DNA from: a bacterium | GTDB taxonomy: Bacteria > UBA8248 | DNA: 64,000 bases | Direction of reading: 5' to 3' | Assembly (NCBI GenBank): GCA_965219955.1 | Contig: OZ244799.1 | Coordinates: 2,240,001 to 2,304,000, forward strand | Part shown: positions 50,611 to 60,848 of the stretch, in pieces | Layout: every line of letters begins with the position of its first letter | How positions within the stretch are numbered: the first letter of the stretch is position 1 | Position numbers and translations under genes: made by a program | Notes under the pieces: generated by a model | Told to the model about the DNA's origin: nothing | The model's database searches: none | Seen by the model: only the letters and a program-made list of their open reading frames with translations

Positions 50611-52062
50611 TTGGTGCAAAATCCGTACTCTGGTTTTACGTCGGCCCACTATCGTCGCGGGACGGTCATGGGCTTGACAGTCGCCGAAGCCTTCATGCTC
50701 GTGGCTTTCGTGTTGCTGATGCTGCTCGTGTTCTGGCGTCAGGAGATTGATGATGAGTACAAAGAGGCGCGTGAATTGACCGAGCGTCTTTCGCCCGAAG
50801 AACAAATGGCCATAGCAGATGCAAAAGATAAGGGTGAGTTGCGGGTACTGCTAATCGATCTCCGCAAGAAAGACATCGATATATCGAAGACAACCAAGGC
50901 GCTTCTCTCGGGTGCGGTTCCGGTTCAGCCTGCCCAACTTAATCAATTGAAATCCCGCGCCCGTCTTGTTGACGAAACGGAAATCCGCCGCCTCGCCGAG
51001 GCAGCGGCGGTTCTGCCACCGGAGCACAAAAGAACGCTCTCCAACTTGGTCTCGCTCTCCGAAGCCGGGGAATTGGTCGAAAAAGTAGCGGCACTTCAAG
51101 ACGTGCTTCAAAAACGAAGTGTTGATGAGATCGCAGACGCGCTCGCATTAAAGGACGCCGCCAAGCCGAACGATGAAGATATCTTAGAGTCACGGAAGAA
51201 GCGAGATTCGCAACTTCGCCGTATCGTCGAAGCCTCGGTGCGTTTGCCACTGGAGCAGAGGAAGAAGATCGCCGATATGGTCGAACGTGCTGAAGCCGGA
51301 GAGTTGGTTGAGAAGGTCGCAGCACTTCAAGATGTGCTTCGAGATAAGAGCGCTGATGAGATATCGAAAGCGCTCGATTTGAGGGAGCATCTGGACCCCA
51401 AGGGTACGACAAGCAACGAAGGATTAAAAAAAATGATTCGAAACCTGCGCGCACAAGCTGCGCGGGTCCGGGATCGACTCGTCAAAGAAGAACGTGCGCG
51501 AGAACAGCTTGTCACCGATCTGAAAACCAAACTCGGCGCTCAAATTGCCGAAGTTGGCGGGCGTATCGAAACCACGGGTAAAATCGTAGTGCCCGATAAG
51601 GTGCTCTTCACCAAGGGCGAGGCCGAAATCCGTTCTCAGTTGGCGAGCTTTCTAAGAGATTTTTGCCCGCACTGGCTTGCTACGCTGAGGAAGTCTGAAA
51701 CGAAAGCCGATATCGGCGAAATTCGGATTGAAGGCCATTCCTCTTCGGAGTGGATCAGCGCGGATACGCCGCAGAAGGCTTGGGTATTGAATCTCGACTT
51801 ATCGCAGCGCCGTGCGCAGGCTGTGCTTGAACGGTGCCTGAGCCTCGTCGCCGGTAGCGCACTTGGAGACTGGGCTCGCAAGAAACTCACGGCGGTCGGT
51901 TACTCCTCCTCGCGGCCTGTAATCGCAAATGGTGGTGAAGACCTGCGGCTGTCGCGGCGCGTTGTTTTCGGCGCGGAACCCAGCCGTGAAAAGTTACTCA
52001 GGGAGATTGGCGGCGACGTCAAAGCCTCGCCAGCGCGAGTTCCTAACGCAGCACGCCCATAA
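50611..52062 (+). CDS. ZorB/MotB-like protein: single TM, long repeat linker, OmpA-like peptidoglycan-binding domain
   Basis: GLTVAEAFMLVAFVLL TM; VLF..GEA, IRIEGHSSS, NLDLSQRRAQAV, GYSSSRP, SRRVVF. Confidence 0.8.
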   Translation: MVQNPYSGFTSAHYRRGTVMGLTVAEAFMLVAFVLLMLLVFWRQEIDDEYKEARELTERLSPEEQMAIADAKDKGELRVLLIDLRKKDIDISKTTKALLSGAVPVQPAQLNQLKSRARLVDETEIRRLAEAAAVLPPEHKRTLSNLVSLSEAGELVEKVAALQDVLQKRSVDEIADALALKDAAKPNDEDILESRKKRDSQLRRIVEASVRLPLEQRKKIADMVERAEAGELVEKVAALQDVLRDKSADEISKALDLREHLDPKGTTSNEGLKKMIRNLRAQAARVRDRLVKEERAREQLVTDLKTKLGAQIAEVGGRIETTGKIVVPDKVLFTKGEAEIRSQLASFLRDFCPHWLATLRKSETKADIGEIRIEGHSSSEWISADTPQKAWVLNLDLSQRRAQAVLERCLSLVAGSALGDWARKKLTAVGYSSSRPVIANGGEDLRLSRRVVFGAEPSREKLLREIGGDVKASPARVPNAARP

Positions 52063-52086
52063 GGGCGGCTCGCGAGCCGCCCCTAC
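52062..52086. repeat. GTAG REP, exact reverse complement of 46900-46924
   Basis: AGGGCGGCTCGCGAGCCGCCCCTAC. Confidence 0.85.
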
Positions 52087-52565
52087 AAAATCACACCCCT
52101 CATCCCACGATTTTGCCTCGCATTTGCCCGCATTTGCCGTTCTGCCTGACATCACGAAACCCGCTATCGTGCGCTCGGCGCGGGGAAGTGGTTTGTTCCT
52201 CGGCGAATTGACGCGCAGGGAGAGAAGGCTTTCTGATGGAATTAGGTCAAGGGGTGGGAATGAAGGCTTTGAACACACCCTCTCCTGCCGCGTTCGACAC
52301 TCCCTCATCGCTCGAGTCAACCACCGCGAAGAAAAGAGTTGCGCTCATAGATGCAAGGATAGCGATGGAAATGAAAATAATGATATTTTCGATAAAATTG
52401 GATAAATTCACGATGTTTTTCGATAAATTCCTGAAAATTGTTTCTTATGTAACTGGTTGTAATACAAAGAATTGCCTTCAAACCCGGCGCAATACACCCG
52501 GATTCGGCGGCAAAAAAGTTTTTCAGGCTTCCACGCATTTCCCCGCAACAGCCCGCATTTGCGCG

Positions 52566-53357
52566 CTATGCGCCGCCGGCCTCTATCTCTCCTTTGGGCG
52601 CGTCACCCCCGTCCGGCTGCCTGTCCACGAAGGGCTTGAGCAGGTCGAGCGGCAAGGGGAAGACGATGGTCGAGTTGTTCTCGGTGGCGACTTCCGAGAG
52701 CGTCTGCAGGAAGCGGAGCTGGAGCGCGCCCGGGGCCGTGGCGATGGTGGCGGCGGCCTCTGCCAGCCGCTCGCTCGCCTGGTATTCGCCCTCCGCGTGG
52801 ATGACCTTGGCGCGGCGCTCGCGCTCGGCCTCGGCCTGGCGGGCGATGGCGCGCTGCATCTCGCCGGGAAGGTCCACGTGCTTGAGCTCCACGTTGGTGA
52901 CCTTGATGCCCCAAGGGTCGGTGGCGTGATCGAGAAGCTCCTGGAGCTGGGTGTTGATCTTCTCGCGCTCGGAGAGCAGATCGTCCAAATCCATCTGGCC
53001 GAGCACGCTCCGGAGCGTCGTCTGGCTCAACTGGCCCGTGGCGTAGAGGAAATCCTCCACCTCGATGATCGCGCGCTCGGGCGTCAGTACGCGGAAGTAG
53101 ACCACGGCGTTCACCTTCACCGACACGTTGTCCTTCGTGACGATGTCCTGCGGGGGCACGTCCATCGTCACCAGCCGCAGGCCCACGCGGGTCATGCGGT
53201 CGATCACCGGAAGCACGATAATGAGGCCGGGCCCTTTCGTGGAGTGGAACCGGCCCAGCCGGAAGATGACGCCGCGCTCGTATTCGTTCAGCACGCGGAT
53301 GGCGCTCGCCAGGAACAGCAAGATGATGATGGCGGCGATGATCAAGCTCCAATTCAT
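52566..53357 (-). CDS. Stomatin/slipin (SPFH) family protein
   Basis: [37 protein letters not shown]. Confidence 0.95.
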   Translation of the reverse strand: MNWSLIIAAIIILLFLASAIRVLNEYERGVIFRLGRFHSTKGPGLIIVLPVIDRMTRVGLRLVTMDVPPQDIVTKDNVSVKVNAVVYFRVLTPERAIIEVEDFLYATGQLSQTTLRSVLGQMDLDDLLSEREKINTQLQELLDHATDPWGIKVTNVELKHVDLPGEMQRAIARQAEAERERRAKVIHAEGEYQASERLAEAAATIATAPGALQLRFLQTLSEVATENNSTIVFPLPLDLLKPFVDRQPDGGDAPKGEIEAGGA

Positions 53358-54722
53358 TTATCCACCCTCCTTCTCGACGCGGAGTCTGAGGCCCTCCACA
53401 GAGACCACGCGGACTTTGTCCCCGACTTCCAGGGGTTCGCCCGAGTCCGCCATCCATATCTCGCCGTGCACCCGAACCTGGGCCGGCGACCCTTCCCCGG
53501 ATAATGCGCTCACGACGCCGGACTGGTCGAGCATTCCCTCCGAACCCGAGACCGGCCGCACCCGCTGGGCGCGAAAGCCCATTCCCACGAGCCAGACGAA
53601 GAAAAAGGCCGTTCCGGCGACCGCGGGCAGGATCACCTTCAGGCTGATTTGCAGGTAGGGGTCCGGCGAATCGATGAGCATGACCGAGCCGAGCGTCATG
53701 GCGATGATTCCGCCGATGGTCAGACCCCCGTAGCTGACCACCTGGATCTCCAGGAGAAACATGATGACGGCAAGTCCCATCAAGAGAAGCCCCACGTAGT
53801 TCACCGGCAGGACCTTGAGCGCATACAGCGCCAGGAGCAGGCTGATGGCCCCCACCACGCCGGGCAGGATGGAGCCTGGATTCGAAAGCTCGAAGAACAG
53901 CCCGTACATCCCCAGAAGCATCAGGATGTAGGCGATGTTGGGGTCGCTCAAGAGGGTGAGCACTTTCTGGCGCCAGCTTCGCTCGAGCACGATTTGCGCG
54001 GCGCCCCTGGTCGAGAGGGTGACGGTGTCGCCGCTCGCGAGTTTTATCTTTTTCCCGTCGACCGCCAGCAGAAGGGAGCGCACGTCCGCCGCCACCAGGT
54101 CGATGACCTTTTGCTTCAGGGCTTCGGCCTCATCCACGGATATCGCCTCGCGGACCGCGCTCTCCGCCCATTCGATGTTGCGCCCGGTGCGCGAGGCCAC
54201 CGCCCGCGCGAAGGCAGCCACGTCGTTCATCGCCTTTTTGCGCATATCGCCCTGAATCTGCTTCCCCCCGCCCGATACGGGCGAAGCGGCGCCGATGTTC
54301 GTGCCCGGCGCCATGGCGGCGATGTGGGCCGACATGGTGATGAACGTGCCGGCGGAGGCGGCCCGCGCCCCTCCCGGAGCGACGTATACCGCCACGGGAA
54401 CGCCCGCGCCGAAAATCGCCTTCACGATGTCGCGCGTGCTGGTAACCAGACCGCCGGGGGTATCGAGGCGAACAACGAGAAGCTGCGCCCCCCTCCTGGA
54501 AGCTTCTTCGATGCCGAACGTGATGTACTCCGAAGTGCCGGGCGATATGGCGTCCGCCACGTCCAGCACGACGACGGGAGGCGTCTTCTGCGCGGCGGTG
54601 GCATGGTAGATGGTCAGCATCGCACCGACCGTCACCAGAGCGAGCAGAACCGCCAAATGGATTCGTTTGTAAAGCTTCCTTCGCATCCCATACCTCAAAA
54701 GCGGCTGGAACATTGGGCGCAT
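53358..54722 (-). CDS. nfeD: NfeD membrane-bound serine protease
   Basis: LDTPGG, ARAASAG, GAASPV, TM region, C-terminal VHGEIW OB domain; start uncertain. Confidence 0.93.
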   Translation of the reverse strand: MRPMFQPLLRYGMRRKLYKRIHLAVLLALVTVGAMLTIYHATAAQKTPPVVVLDVADAISPGTSEYITFGIEEASRRGAQLLVVRLDTPGGLVTSTRDIVKAIFGAGVPVAVYVAPGGARAASAGTFITMSAHIAAMAPGTNIGAASPVSGGGKQIQGDMRKKAMNDVAAFARAVASRTGRNIEWAESAVREAISVDEAEALKQKVIDLVAADVRSLLLAVDGKKIKLASGDTVTLSTRGAAQIVLERSWRQKVLTLLSDPNIAYILMLLGMYGLFFELSNPGSILPGVVGAISLLLALYALKVLPVNYVGLLLMGLAVIMFLLEIQVVSYGGLTIGGIIAMTLGSVMLIDSPDPYLQISLKVILPAVAGTAFFFVWLVGMGFRAQRVRPVSGSEGMLDQSGVVSALSGEGSPAQVRVHGEIWMADSGEPLEVGDKVRVVSVEGLRLRVEKEGG

Positions 54723-54767
54723 CTTAACACAAAGTGGTACGTTGGTATCGCCCCATGCACCAGGCCG

Positions 54768-56105
54768 TTATTCATCCAATTCGAGCAACACCTCATCCAG
54801 GATGCCGACGGCCGTATCGACCTGGGCCTCGTCGATAATTAGGGGAGGCAAAAACGCGAGGACGTTCCCGTGGTGTCCACCCGGATAGATGAGAAGGCCC
54901 TTTTTCAAGGCCATGTCACTCGCCTTCTTGGCGACGCTCAAGGGTTCGCGCGTCGCCCGGTCGGAAACCAACTCGGCCGCTATCATCAACCCGCGCCCGC
55001 GAACCTCGCCGACGATGGAATGGCGCTCCGACAGCTCCTCCAGCCTTCTCAGGAAATAAGAACCCATCTCCAGGGAGCGTTCGGAGAGGTTCTCCTCTTC
55101 ATACACCTCGATGGAAGCCAGGCCGGCGGCGCACGCCATGACGTTTCCGGCGTAGGTGCTGCTCTCGGTTCCGGGATTCGAAGCATCCGCGATTTCTTTT
55201 TTCGCAACGCAGGCGGCAAGAGGCAATCCGCCCGAAATCGATTTTCCCATCACGACCAGATCGGGTTCGACCTCTTCATACTGGTAGGCGAACATCTTTC
55301 CCGTGCGGCAAAACCCGCTCATCACCTCATCGATGATGAGCAATACTCCGTGACGGTCACATACCTCGCGAAGCTCCTTCAAAAACCCGATGGGCGCCGG
55401 AATCATGCCGCCGTTTCCCTGAACCGGCTCGATGATGACGGCCGCCACATCGCCCCAGCCGCTCACGGGATTCTCGAGAAATTCATTGATGTAGCGAATC
55501 GTCCCCTCGGCGCATTTCTCCGGGCCATCACCGAAGGGGTTACGATAGGGGTATGGATAGGGAACGTGATGAACCCCCGGAACGAGCGTCCCGAGTCCTT
55601 CGCGCTGGTTTTTCCTGCCCATCAGGGCCACGGCCCCCAGGGTTCTGCCGTGGAACGCGCCCGTGAAGGCGACGATCTCATCGCGCCCCGTCGCCCGGCG
55701 GGCCATCTTGAGAGCGATCTCGGCCGCTTCGCTGCCCGAGGTGCCGAGGATCATGCTCTTAGGAGTTGCACCCGAATGCAGGGAGAGGACTTTATCCAGA
55801 AATTCGTTCCGCACCTTCGAGCCCAGCGACATGGCCTGATGGACCTGCTCCGCTTGTCTCTGCATCGCCGAGACGACTTTGGGATGGCAATGACCCGCGT
55901 TCAGGGATCCGAAACCGGCGACGAAATCCAGAAACAAATTGCCGTCGACGTCTTCGATCACCGCCCCTCGCGCGCGCTCGACCACGACGGTTTCGGGGCT
56001 CATCCCGAAGCTGAGGGCGGCGCGGCTCTCCGCTTTCCTGAGACGTTCAAGTTCCTTGCGGGTTTCGGGTCCTGGATGGGGAACAACAAATTTCGGCGCT
56101 TCCAA
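54768..56105 (-). CDS. Class III aminotransferase (GabT-like)
   Basis: DVDGN, SGSEA, FHGRT, EPVQGNGG, DEVMSGFCRTG, GKSISGG. Confidence 0.92.
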   Translation of the reverse strand: MEAPKFVVPHPGPETRKELERLRKAESRAALSFGMSPETVVVERARGAVIEDVDGNLFLDFVAGFGSLNAGHCHPKVVSAMQRQAEQVHQAMSLGSKVRNEFLDKVLSLHSGATPKSMILGTSGSEAAEIALKMARRATGRDEIVAFTGAFHGRTLGAVALMGRKNQREGLGTLVPGVHHVPYPYPYRNPFGDGPEKCAEGTIRYINEFLENPVSGWGDVAAVIIEPVQGNGGMIPAPIGFLKELREVCDRHGVLLIIDEVMSGFCRTGKMFAYQYEEVEPDLVVMGKSISGGLPLAACVAKKEIADASNPGTESSTYAGNVMACAAGLASIEVYEEENLSERSLEMGSYFLRRLEELSERHSIVGEVRGRGLMIAAELVSDRATREPLSVAKKASDMALKKGLLIYPGGHHGNVLAFLPPLIIDEAQVDTAVGILDEVLLELDE

Positions 56106-56265
56106 AGCAAACCCTCCTCGTTATTCACCAATATCTCTACCATATTCTGAAAGGCATTAGGAACGGTTCAAAAAATGCACTCGTAACGCGTGTCTTTCAA
56201 CTGTGATTGTTATAAGATGCAGCCCAAATGAAAGCCACCCACACCGAAGAAATATAGAGGCGCCC

Positions 56266-57519
56266 GTGAGCACAAACGCTTCCCCGAAGAAAATATATTA
56301 CGGCTGGTACATTCTGGCCGGTTGTTTCTCCATGATGTTTTTGGGTCTGGCGACCAGAAATTCATTCGGTCTTTTCTTGAAACCGATGATTGCGGATTTC
56401 AACATCAGCCGCGCTTCCTTGTCTCTCCCCTTTTCTCTTTGCCTGATTCTCTACGGCGCGTCACAACCATTGGGCGGGCTCATGATGCGCCGCTGGGACC
56501 CCAAAACGGTCATCATCTGGGGCTCGGCGTTGACGACCATCGCCATGCTGGGAATCTACTATGTCGACTCCCTGTGGGGCGTCTATCTGTTTTTCGGCAT
56601 TTTGCTGGGAATAGGAGGAATCGGCAACAGCGTGACCGCCTTCACCCCCCTGGTGTCGAACTGGTTCCCGGACAGGCGGGGGCTGGGCATGTCCATCATC
56701 AGCGCAGGCTCGAGCATGGGCCAGCTCATTTTGCTTCCCGTCTTCGCGTATATGATCGGCTATCTGGACTGGAGAATGACCTCGTTCGTCATCGGCGTCA
56801 TTTTCGTGTTCACCCTGATGCCCATATCGATCCTCCTCATCAAAAACGCGCCCACGTCCAGGGACGTCCCCCCGAGCGCGCCCACGTCCGGCAACGGCGT
56901 CAAGATGGTCGTCCCCTACGATGTACACTGGGTGCAGTGCCTTCCAAAGATGCCGTTCGTCCTCCTGCTCACGAGCTTTTTCACCTGCGGCTTCACCGTA
57001 ACGGTCGTCTCCGTCCACTGGGTGCCGTTTGCGACGGACGTAGGCTTTTCCGCGGCCGTCGCGGCCACGTCCTTCGCCCTGGGCGGCGGACTCAACACCG
57101 TGGGCGTTCTGGCCGTCGGTCCGCTTTCGGACAAAATCGGACGGAAAATCCCCTTGAGCCTGATCTACGCCTTCCGGGGGCTCGGGTTCATCCTTTTTAT
57201 CTTCTTCAAGAACGATTTCACCGTATGGGCCACGCCGATGATGATCGGCCTCTCCTGGATCGCGACCGTCCCGCTCACCTCGGCGTTGACGGGGGATTTC
57301 TTCGGCTCCAGGAACGTGGCGATTCTCTTCGGGCTCATCACGTTCAGCCACCAGCTCGGCTCGGGCCTGAGCGCCTGGCTGAGCGGATACATCTATGACG
57401 TGACGGGCAGCTACAACCTCGCATTCGCACTGGCGGCCTACCTTTGTCTCCAGGCGGCCGTGCTCGTCTCTTTCATCAACGAAAGAGAAGTCCGCGTCCC
57501 GCAAGTGGCCACGACGTAG
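56266..57519 (+). CDS. MFS transporter
   Basis: ~12 TM; YYGW, WFPDRRG, GPLSDKIGRK, IYDVTGSY. Confidence 0.92.
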   Translation: MSTNASPKKIYYGWYILAGCFSMMFLGLATRNSFGLFLKPMIADFNISRASLSLPFSLCLILYGASQPLGGLMMRRWDPKTVIIWGSALTTIAMLGIYYVDSLWGVYLFFGILLGIGGIGNSVTAFTPLVSNWFPDRRGLGMSIISAGSSMGQLILLPVFAYMIGYLDWRMTSFVIGVIFVFTLMPISILLIKNAPTSRDVPPSAPTSGNGVKMVVPYDVHWVQCLPKMPFVLLLTSFFTCGFTVTVVSVHWVPFATDVGFSAAVAATSFALGGGLNTVGVLAVGPLSDKIGRKIPLSLIYAFRGLGFILFIFFKNDFTVWATPMMIGLSWIATVPLTSALTGDFFGSRNVAILFGLITFSHQLGSGLSAWLSGYIYDVTGSYNLAFALAAYLCLQAAVLVSFINEREVRVPQVATT

Positions 57520-57651
57520 CACGGAATGAATGGAGTCCGAAAACCCCACACCGTGAAATGAACGTGCGAATTTGCCACCAGGAGAAGCCTTTGCAATAAT
57601 TCTTGCTCTTTCGGGCGAGGCCGGGCTTCGCCGTTTACTTTTGGTGAAGAG

Positions 57652-58995
57652 ATGGACTGCAACTGCTGGTTCCAATGCATAAACCCTGAATGCGAGGCGA
57701 CATACTCCATTTTCGACTCCATTTATCGGTGCCGTGAATGTGAGAGCCTCCTCGACGTCACCCACGATCTGGAAACCCTGCGCATGCGAAGCGCGTCGGA
57801 GTGGCGTCATCTGTTCGACGATCGCTACCAGCGCAATATTTGGCCGTACGGCAGCGGCGTTTGGGGCAAGAAAGAGTGGGTCTGCCCGCTGATAGACGAT
57901 GAGAACATCATCTCGTTCTACGAAGGGGGGACGAACCTTTTCTGGGCGAACCGTCTGGGTCGAGAACTCGGAATCGGTGAATTGTGGATCAAGCAATGCG
58001 GAAACAGCCACACCGGCTCTTTCAAGGACCTCGGCATGACGGTTCTCGTCTCCGCCGCGCAGCAGATGATAGCCGACGGGAAAAAACTTCGCGCCGTCGC
58101 CTGCGCATCGACGGGCGATACCTCCGCCGCATTGGCCGCGTACGCCGCGGCGGCCGATATCCCCGCCATCGTTTTTCTGCCGCGAGAAAAGGTTTCGATG
58201 GCGCAGCTCATTCAACCCATCACGAACGGCGCCGTGGTGCTCGCCATCGACACGGATTTCGACGGTTGCATGCGGATCGTGAAACAAGTGTGCGAGGAGC
58301 AGGGAATATACCTCGCCAACAGTATGAATTCGCTTCGGATCGAGGGGCAGAAAACCATCAGCATAGAACTCGTTCAGCAGTTCGACTGGGAGGTTCCCGA
58401 CCTCATCATCATTCCAGGCGGAAACCTGGGAAACGTGAGCGCGCTGGGCAAGGGTTTCATGCAGATGCGAGATTTGGGTCTTATCGACAAACTGCCCCGC
58501 ATCGTCTGCGCCCAGACGGAAAAGGCCAATCCCCTGTACAGAAGTTTCATGACCGGGTTCCGGGAATTCCAACCCATAGAGGCCGAACCGACGCTGGCGA
58601 CGGCCATCCAAATCGGGAATCCGGTGAGTATCGAAAGGGCCATCAGTACCCTGAAAGCATTCGAGGGTTCCGTGGAGCAGGCGAGCGAGGAAGAATTAGC
58701 GAACGCCGCCGCCCGCGCGGACAGAACCGGAATGTACAACTGCCCACAGACCGGCGTGGCATTGGCTGCTCTCGAAAAAATCATCGCGCGCGGAGAAATC
58801 AACCCTCAAGACCGGGTGGTCGTCATCTCTACGGCTCATGGGCTGAAGTTCACCGAATTCAAGGTCAATTATCACCAAAAAGCGATTCCGGGCATCGACA
58901 GCCGATTCGCCAACACTCCCATCGAACTTCCTGAAGACATCAACATGGTTCAAGATGCCATTGAGAAGAAACTCGGCGCATTGTCCGTAGGGTAG
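57652..58995 (+). CDS. thrC: Threonine synthase (plant-like subtype)
   Basis: [58 protein letters not shown]. Confidence 0.93.
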   Translation: MDCNCWFQCINPECEATYSIFDSIYRCRECESLLDVTHDLETLRMRSASEWRHLFDDRYQRNIWPYGSGVWGKKEWVCPLIDDENIISFYEGGTNLFWANRLGRELGIGELWIKQCGNSHTGSFKDLGMTVLVSAAQQMIADGKKLRAVACASTGDTSAALAAYAAAADIPAIVFLPREKVSMAQLIQPITNGAVVLAIDTDFDGCMRIVKQVCEEQGIYLANSMNSLRIEGQKTISIELVQQFDWEVPDLIIIPGGNLGNVSALGKGFMQMRDLGLIDKLPRIVCAQTEKANPLYRSFMTGFREFQPIEAEPTLATAIQIGNPVSIERAISTLKAFEGSVEQASEEELANAAARADRTGMYNCPQTGVALAALEKIIARGEINPQDRVVVISTAHGLKFTEFKVNYHQKAIPGIDSRFANTPIELPEDINMVQDAIEKKLGALSVG

Positions 58996-59028
58996 CGTCC
59001 GTTCGGTTTTCATTGTTTCGCTCTACTC

Positions 59029-60204
59029 ATGAAACAGGAGATGAGTTCATTGTCGAAAAACATGAGAAGAGACGAGCGAAAACAGGCGAAAAAGTCGCTC
59101 GCGCCGCCTATCTTCCAGACTGCGACGTTCACCTTCGACAACCCGGACGAGCTGGAAGCCTTCCACAGCGGCGAGGCGGACGCGTTTTTCTATACGCGAT
59201 ACGGAAACCCGACGAACGAAGCCGCCGAACGCAGGCTGGCCCTCATGGAGGGCGCGGAAGCCTCTCTACTCTACGCCAGCGGCATGGCGGCCGTCTCCTC
59301 GGTATTTCTCTCGCTCCTGGCTCCGAAGGCGCGAATCGTCATCCCCCAGGAGAGCTATAGACATACGAGGGACATCGCAGAGGGTCTCCTCAACCGCTAC
59401 GGTGTATGCGTCGATATTCTGGCGGAAAATACGGCGGAATCCCTGGAAGCCCTGACGGACGGGACGGTACGCGTGCTGTTCGCGGAAATTCCCTCCAACC
59501 CCACGCTCCGCATACCGGATATCGAGAGAATGGCCGAATGGGCCAGGCAAAGAAGAGCCAGGTTTATCGTTGATTCGACCATCGCAACTCCCGCTCTGTT
59601 TCGTCCGCTGGAGCACGGGGCCGATTTGGCAATTCAAAGCGCAACGAAATACATCGGCGGGCACAACGATGTCGTGGCGGGCGTGGTTTCAGGGAGCTTG
59701 AACATCATCGACGCCCTGCGCGAACAACAAGCACTACTGGGTTCGATTCTCGGGCCTCAAGATGCGTTCCTCGTGGAGCGGGGACTCAAAACGCTCGAAT
59801 TGCGCGTTCAGCGCATCAGCGCCACGGCTCTCCAACTGGCCGAATTTCTCGAGGGCCACCCCAGGGTCTCCCGCGTTCACTACCCCGGCCTCGAGTCCCA
59901 CCCGGATCATCAGCGAGCCGTCCAGTATATGTCCGCGTTCGGCGGGATAGTCAGCTTTGAGCTTAATGGCAACGACGGAAGAGCCGACGAGTTGGTGAAC
60001 GCCCTTCAAATTCCTGTGCTCGCCCCGGGCTTCGGCGGCACGGAGAGCCAAGTGGAGCATCACGTAAAAATGGCGTATGCGGACATCGGGATAGAAGGCG
60101 CCGAGAACCGGGGCATTTCCGCAGGGTTGATTCGATATTCCGTGGGACTCGAAGATTTTGAGGTTTTACGAGATGACCTCAGCGAGGGACTCAAGAAACT
60201 ATAG
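59029..60204 (+). CDS. metB: Cys/Met PLP enzyme, cystathionine gamma-synthase-like
   Basis: YTRYGNPT, ASGMAA, EIPSNP, SATKYIGGHNDV, RYSVGLED. Confidence 0.75.
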   Translation: MKQEMSSLSKNMRRDERKQAKKSLAPPIFQTATFTFDNPDELEAFHSGEADAFFYTRYGNPTNEAAERRLALMEGAEASLLYASGMAAVSSVFLSLLAPKARIVIPQESYRHTRDIAEGLLNRYGVCVDILAENTAESLEALTDGTVRVLFAEIPSNPTLRIPDIERMAEWARQRRARFIVDSTIATPALFRPLEHGADLAIQSATKYIGGHNDVVAGVVSGSLNIIDALREQQALLGSILGPQDAFLVERGLKTLELRVQRISATALQLAEFLEGHPRVSRVHYPGLESHPDHQRAVQYMSAFGGIVSFELNGNDGRADELVNALQIPVLAPGFGGTESQVEHHVKMAYADIGIEGAENRGISAGLIRYSVGLEDFEVLRDDLSEGLKKL

Positions 60205-60206
60205 CA

Positions 60207-60848
60207 TCAACTTTTGCCGCCTTTGTGGTTCGGAGCCTGTTCCGTGAGCCAGCGTGTGCGCACCCACATTCTCTTTCCTTCCCAGCGACCGGATTTCACC
60301 TCCACCCGGGTGAAACCACGCTGATCGCCGGAAATAACGGATACACGCGTTCCGGGCTTGAGTTGGAAGGGATATCGAGAGCCGCGCGGCTTGTCATAGC
60401 CTCCCGCATAACTCAGAAACAGCCCCCGGTATGTACGGCGGATATATCTGGTGCCCGCGCGCATTTCGCTTTGATTGGCAGCCTTTGCCGTGGATTCTTT
60501 CTTGTGTTCCGGCTTTGGAGAAACCATCGCCTGAGCGGGCTTCGCCTTTAATCCCTTCACCGCTTTCTCGACATTCGATACCGTATCACGAAGCTGCAGT
60601 TTGAACTCGTTCAACGACTTGCCATGATTCGCCAAAATTTGCGTGTGCGCAAGAAGCTGGCTGCGGATCGCACTGACTTCCTTTTGGCTTTGCTCCTTGT
60701 CCTCCTGGTAATCAGTTTGCATCACCACGAAGCTGCAACCAGATAACACAGCCATCAGACCGCAAATAAACACCATGCGTAATTTGAGATGCCTCTCGCC
60801 CAGTGATTTGATCGTTCGACCAAGCCTCCGATTCATACCGGATACCAT
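60207..60848 (-). CDS. Putative lipoprotein with coiled coil and C-terminal SH3-like domain
   Basis: Lipobox LSGC; LKPGTRVSVI..RGFTRV..MWV pattern; start uncertain. Confidence 0.6.
   Translation of the reverse strand: MVSGMNRRLGRTIKSLGERHLKLRMVFICGLMAVLSGCSFVVMQTDYQEDKEQSQKEVSAIRSQLLAHTQILANHGKSLNEFKLQLRDTVSNVEKAVKGLKAKPAQAMVSPKPEHKKESTAKAANQSEMRAGTRYIRRTYRGLFLSYAGGYDKPRGSRYPFQLKPGTRVSVISGDQRGFTRVEVKSGRWEGKRMWVRTRWLTEQAPNHKGGKS

Noticed and set aside
52236-52560. ORFs in the AT-rich gap after the Zorya-like operon
   Set aside because: Low-complexity, not protein-like; probably non-coding
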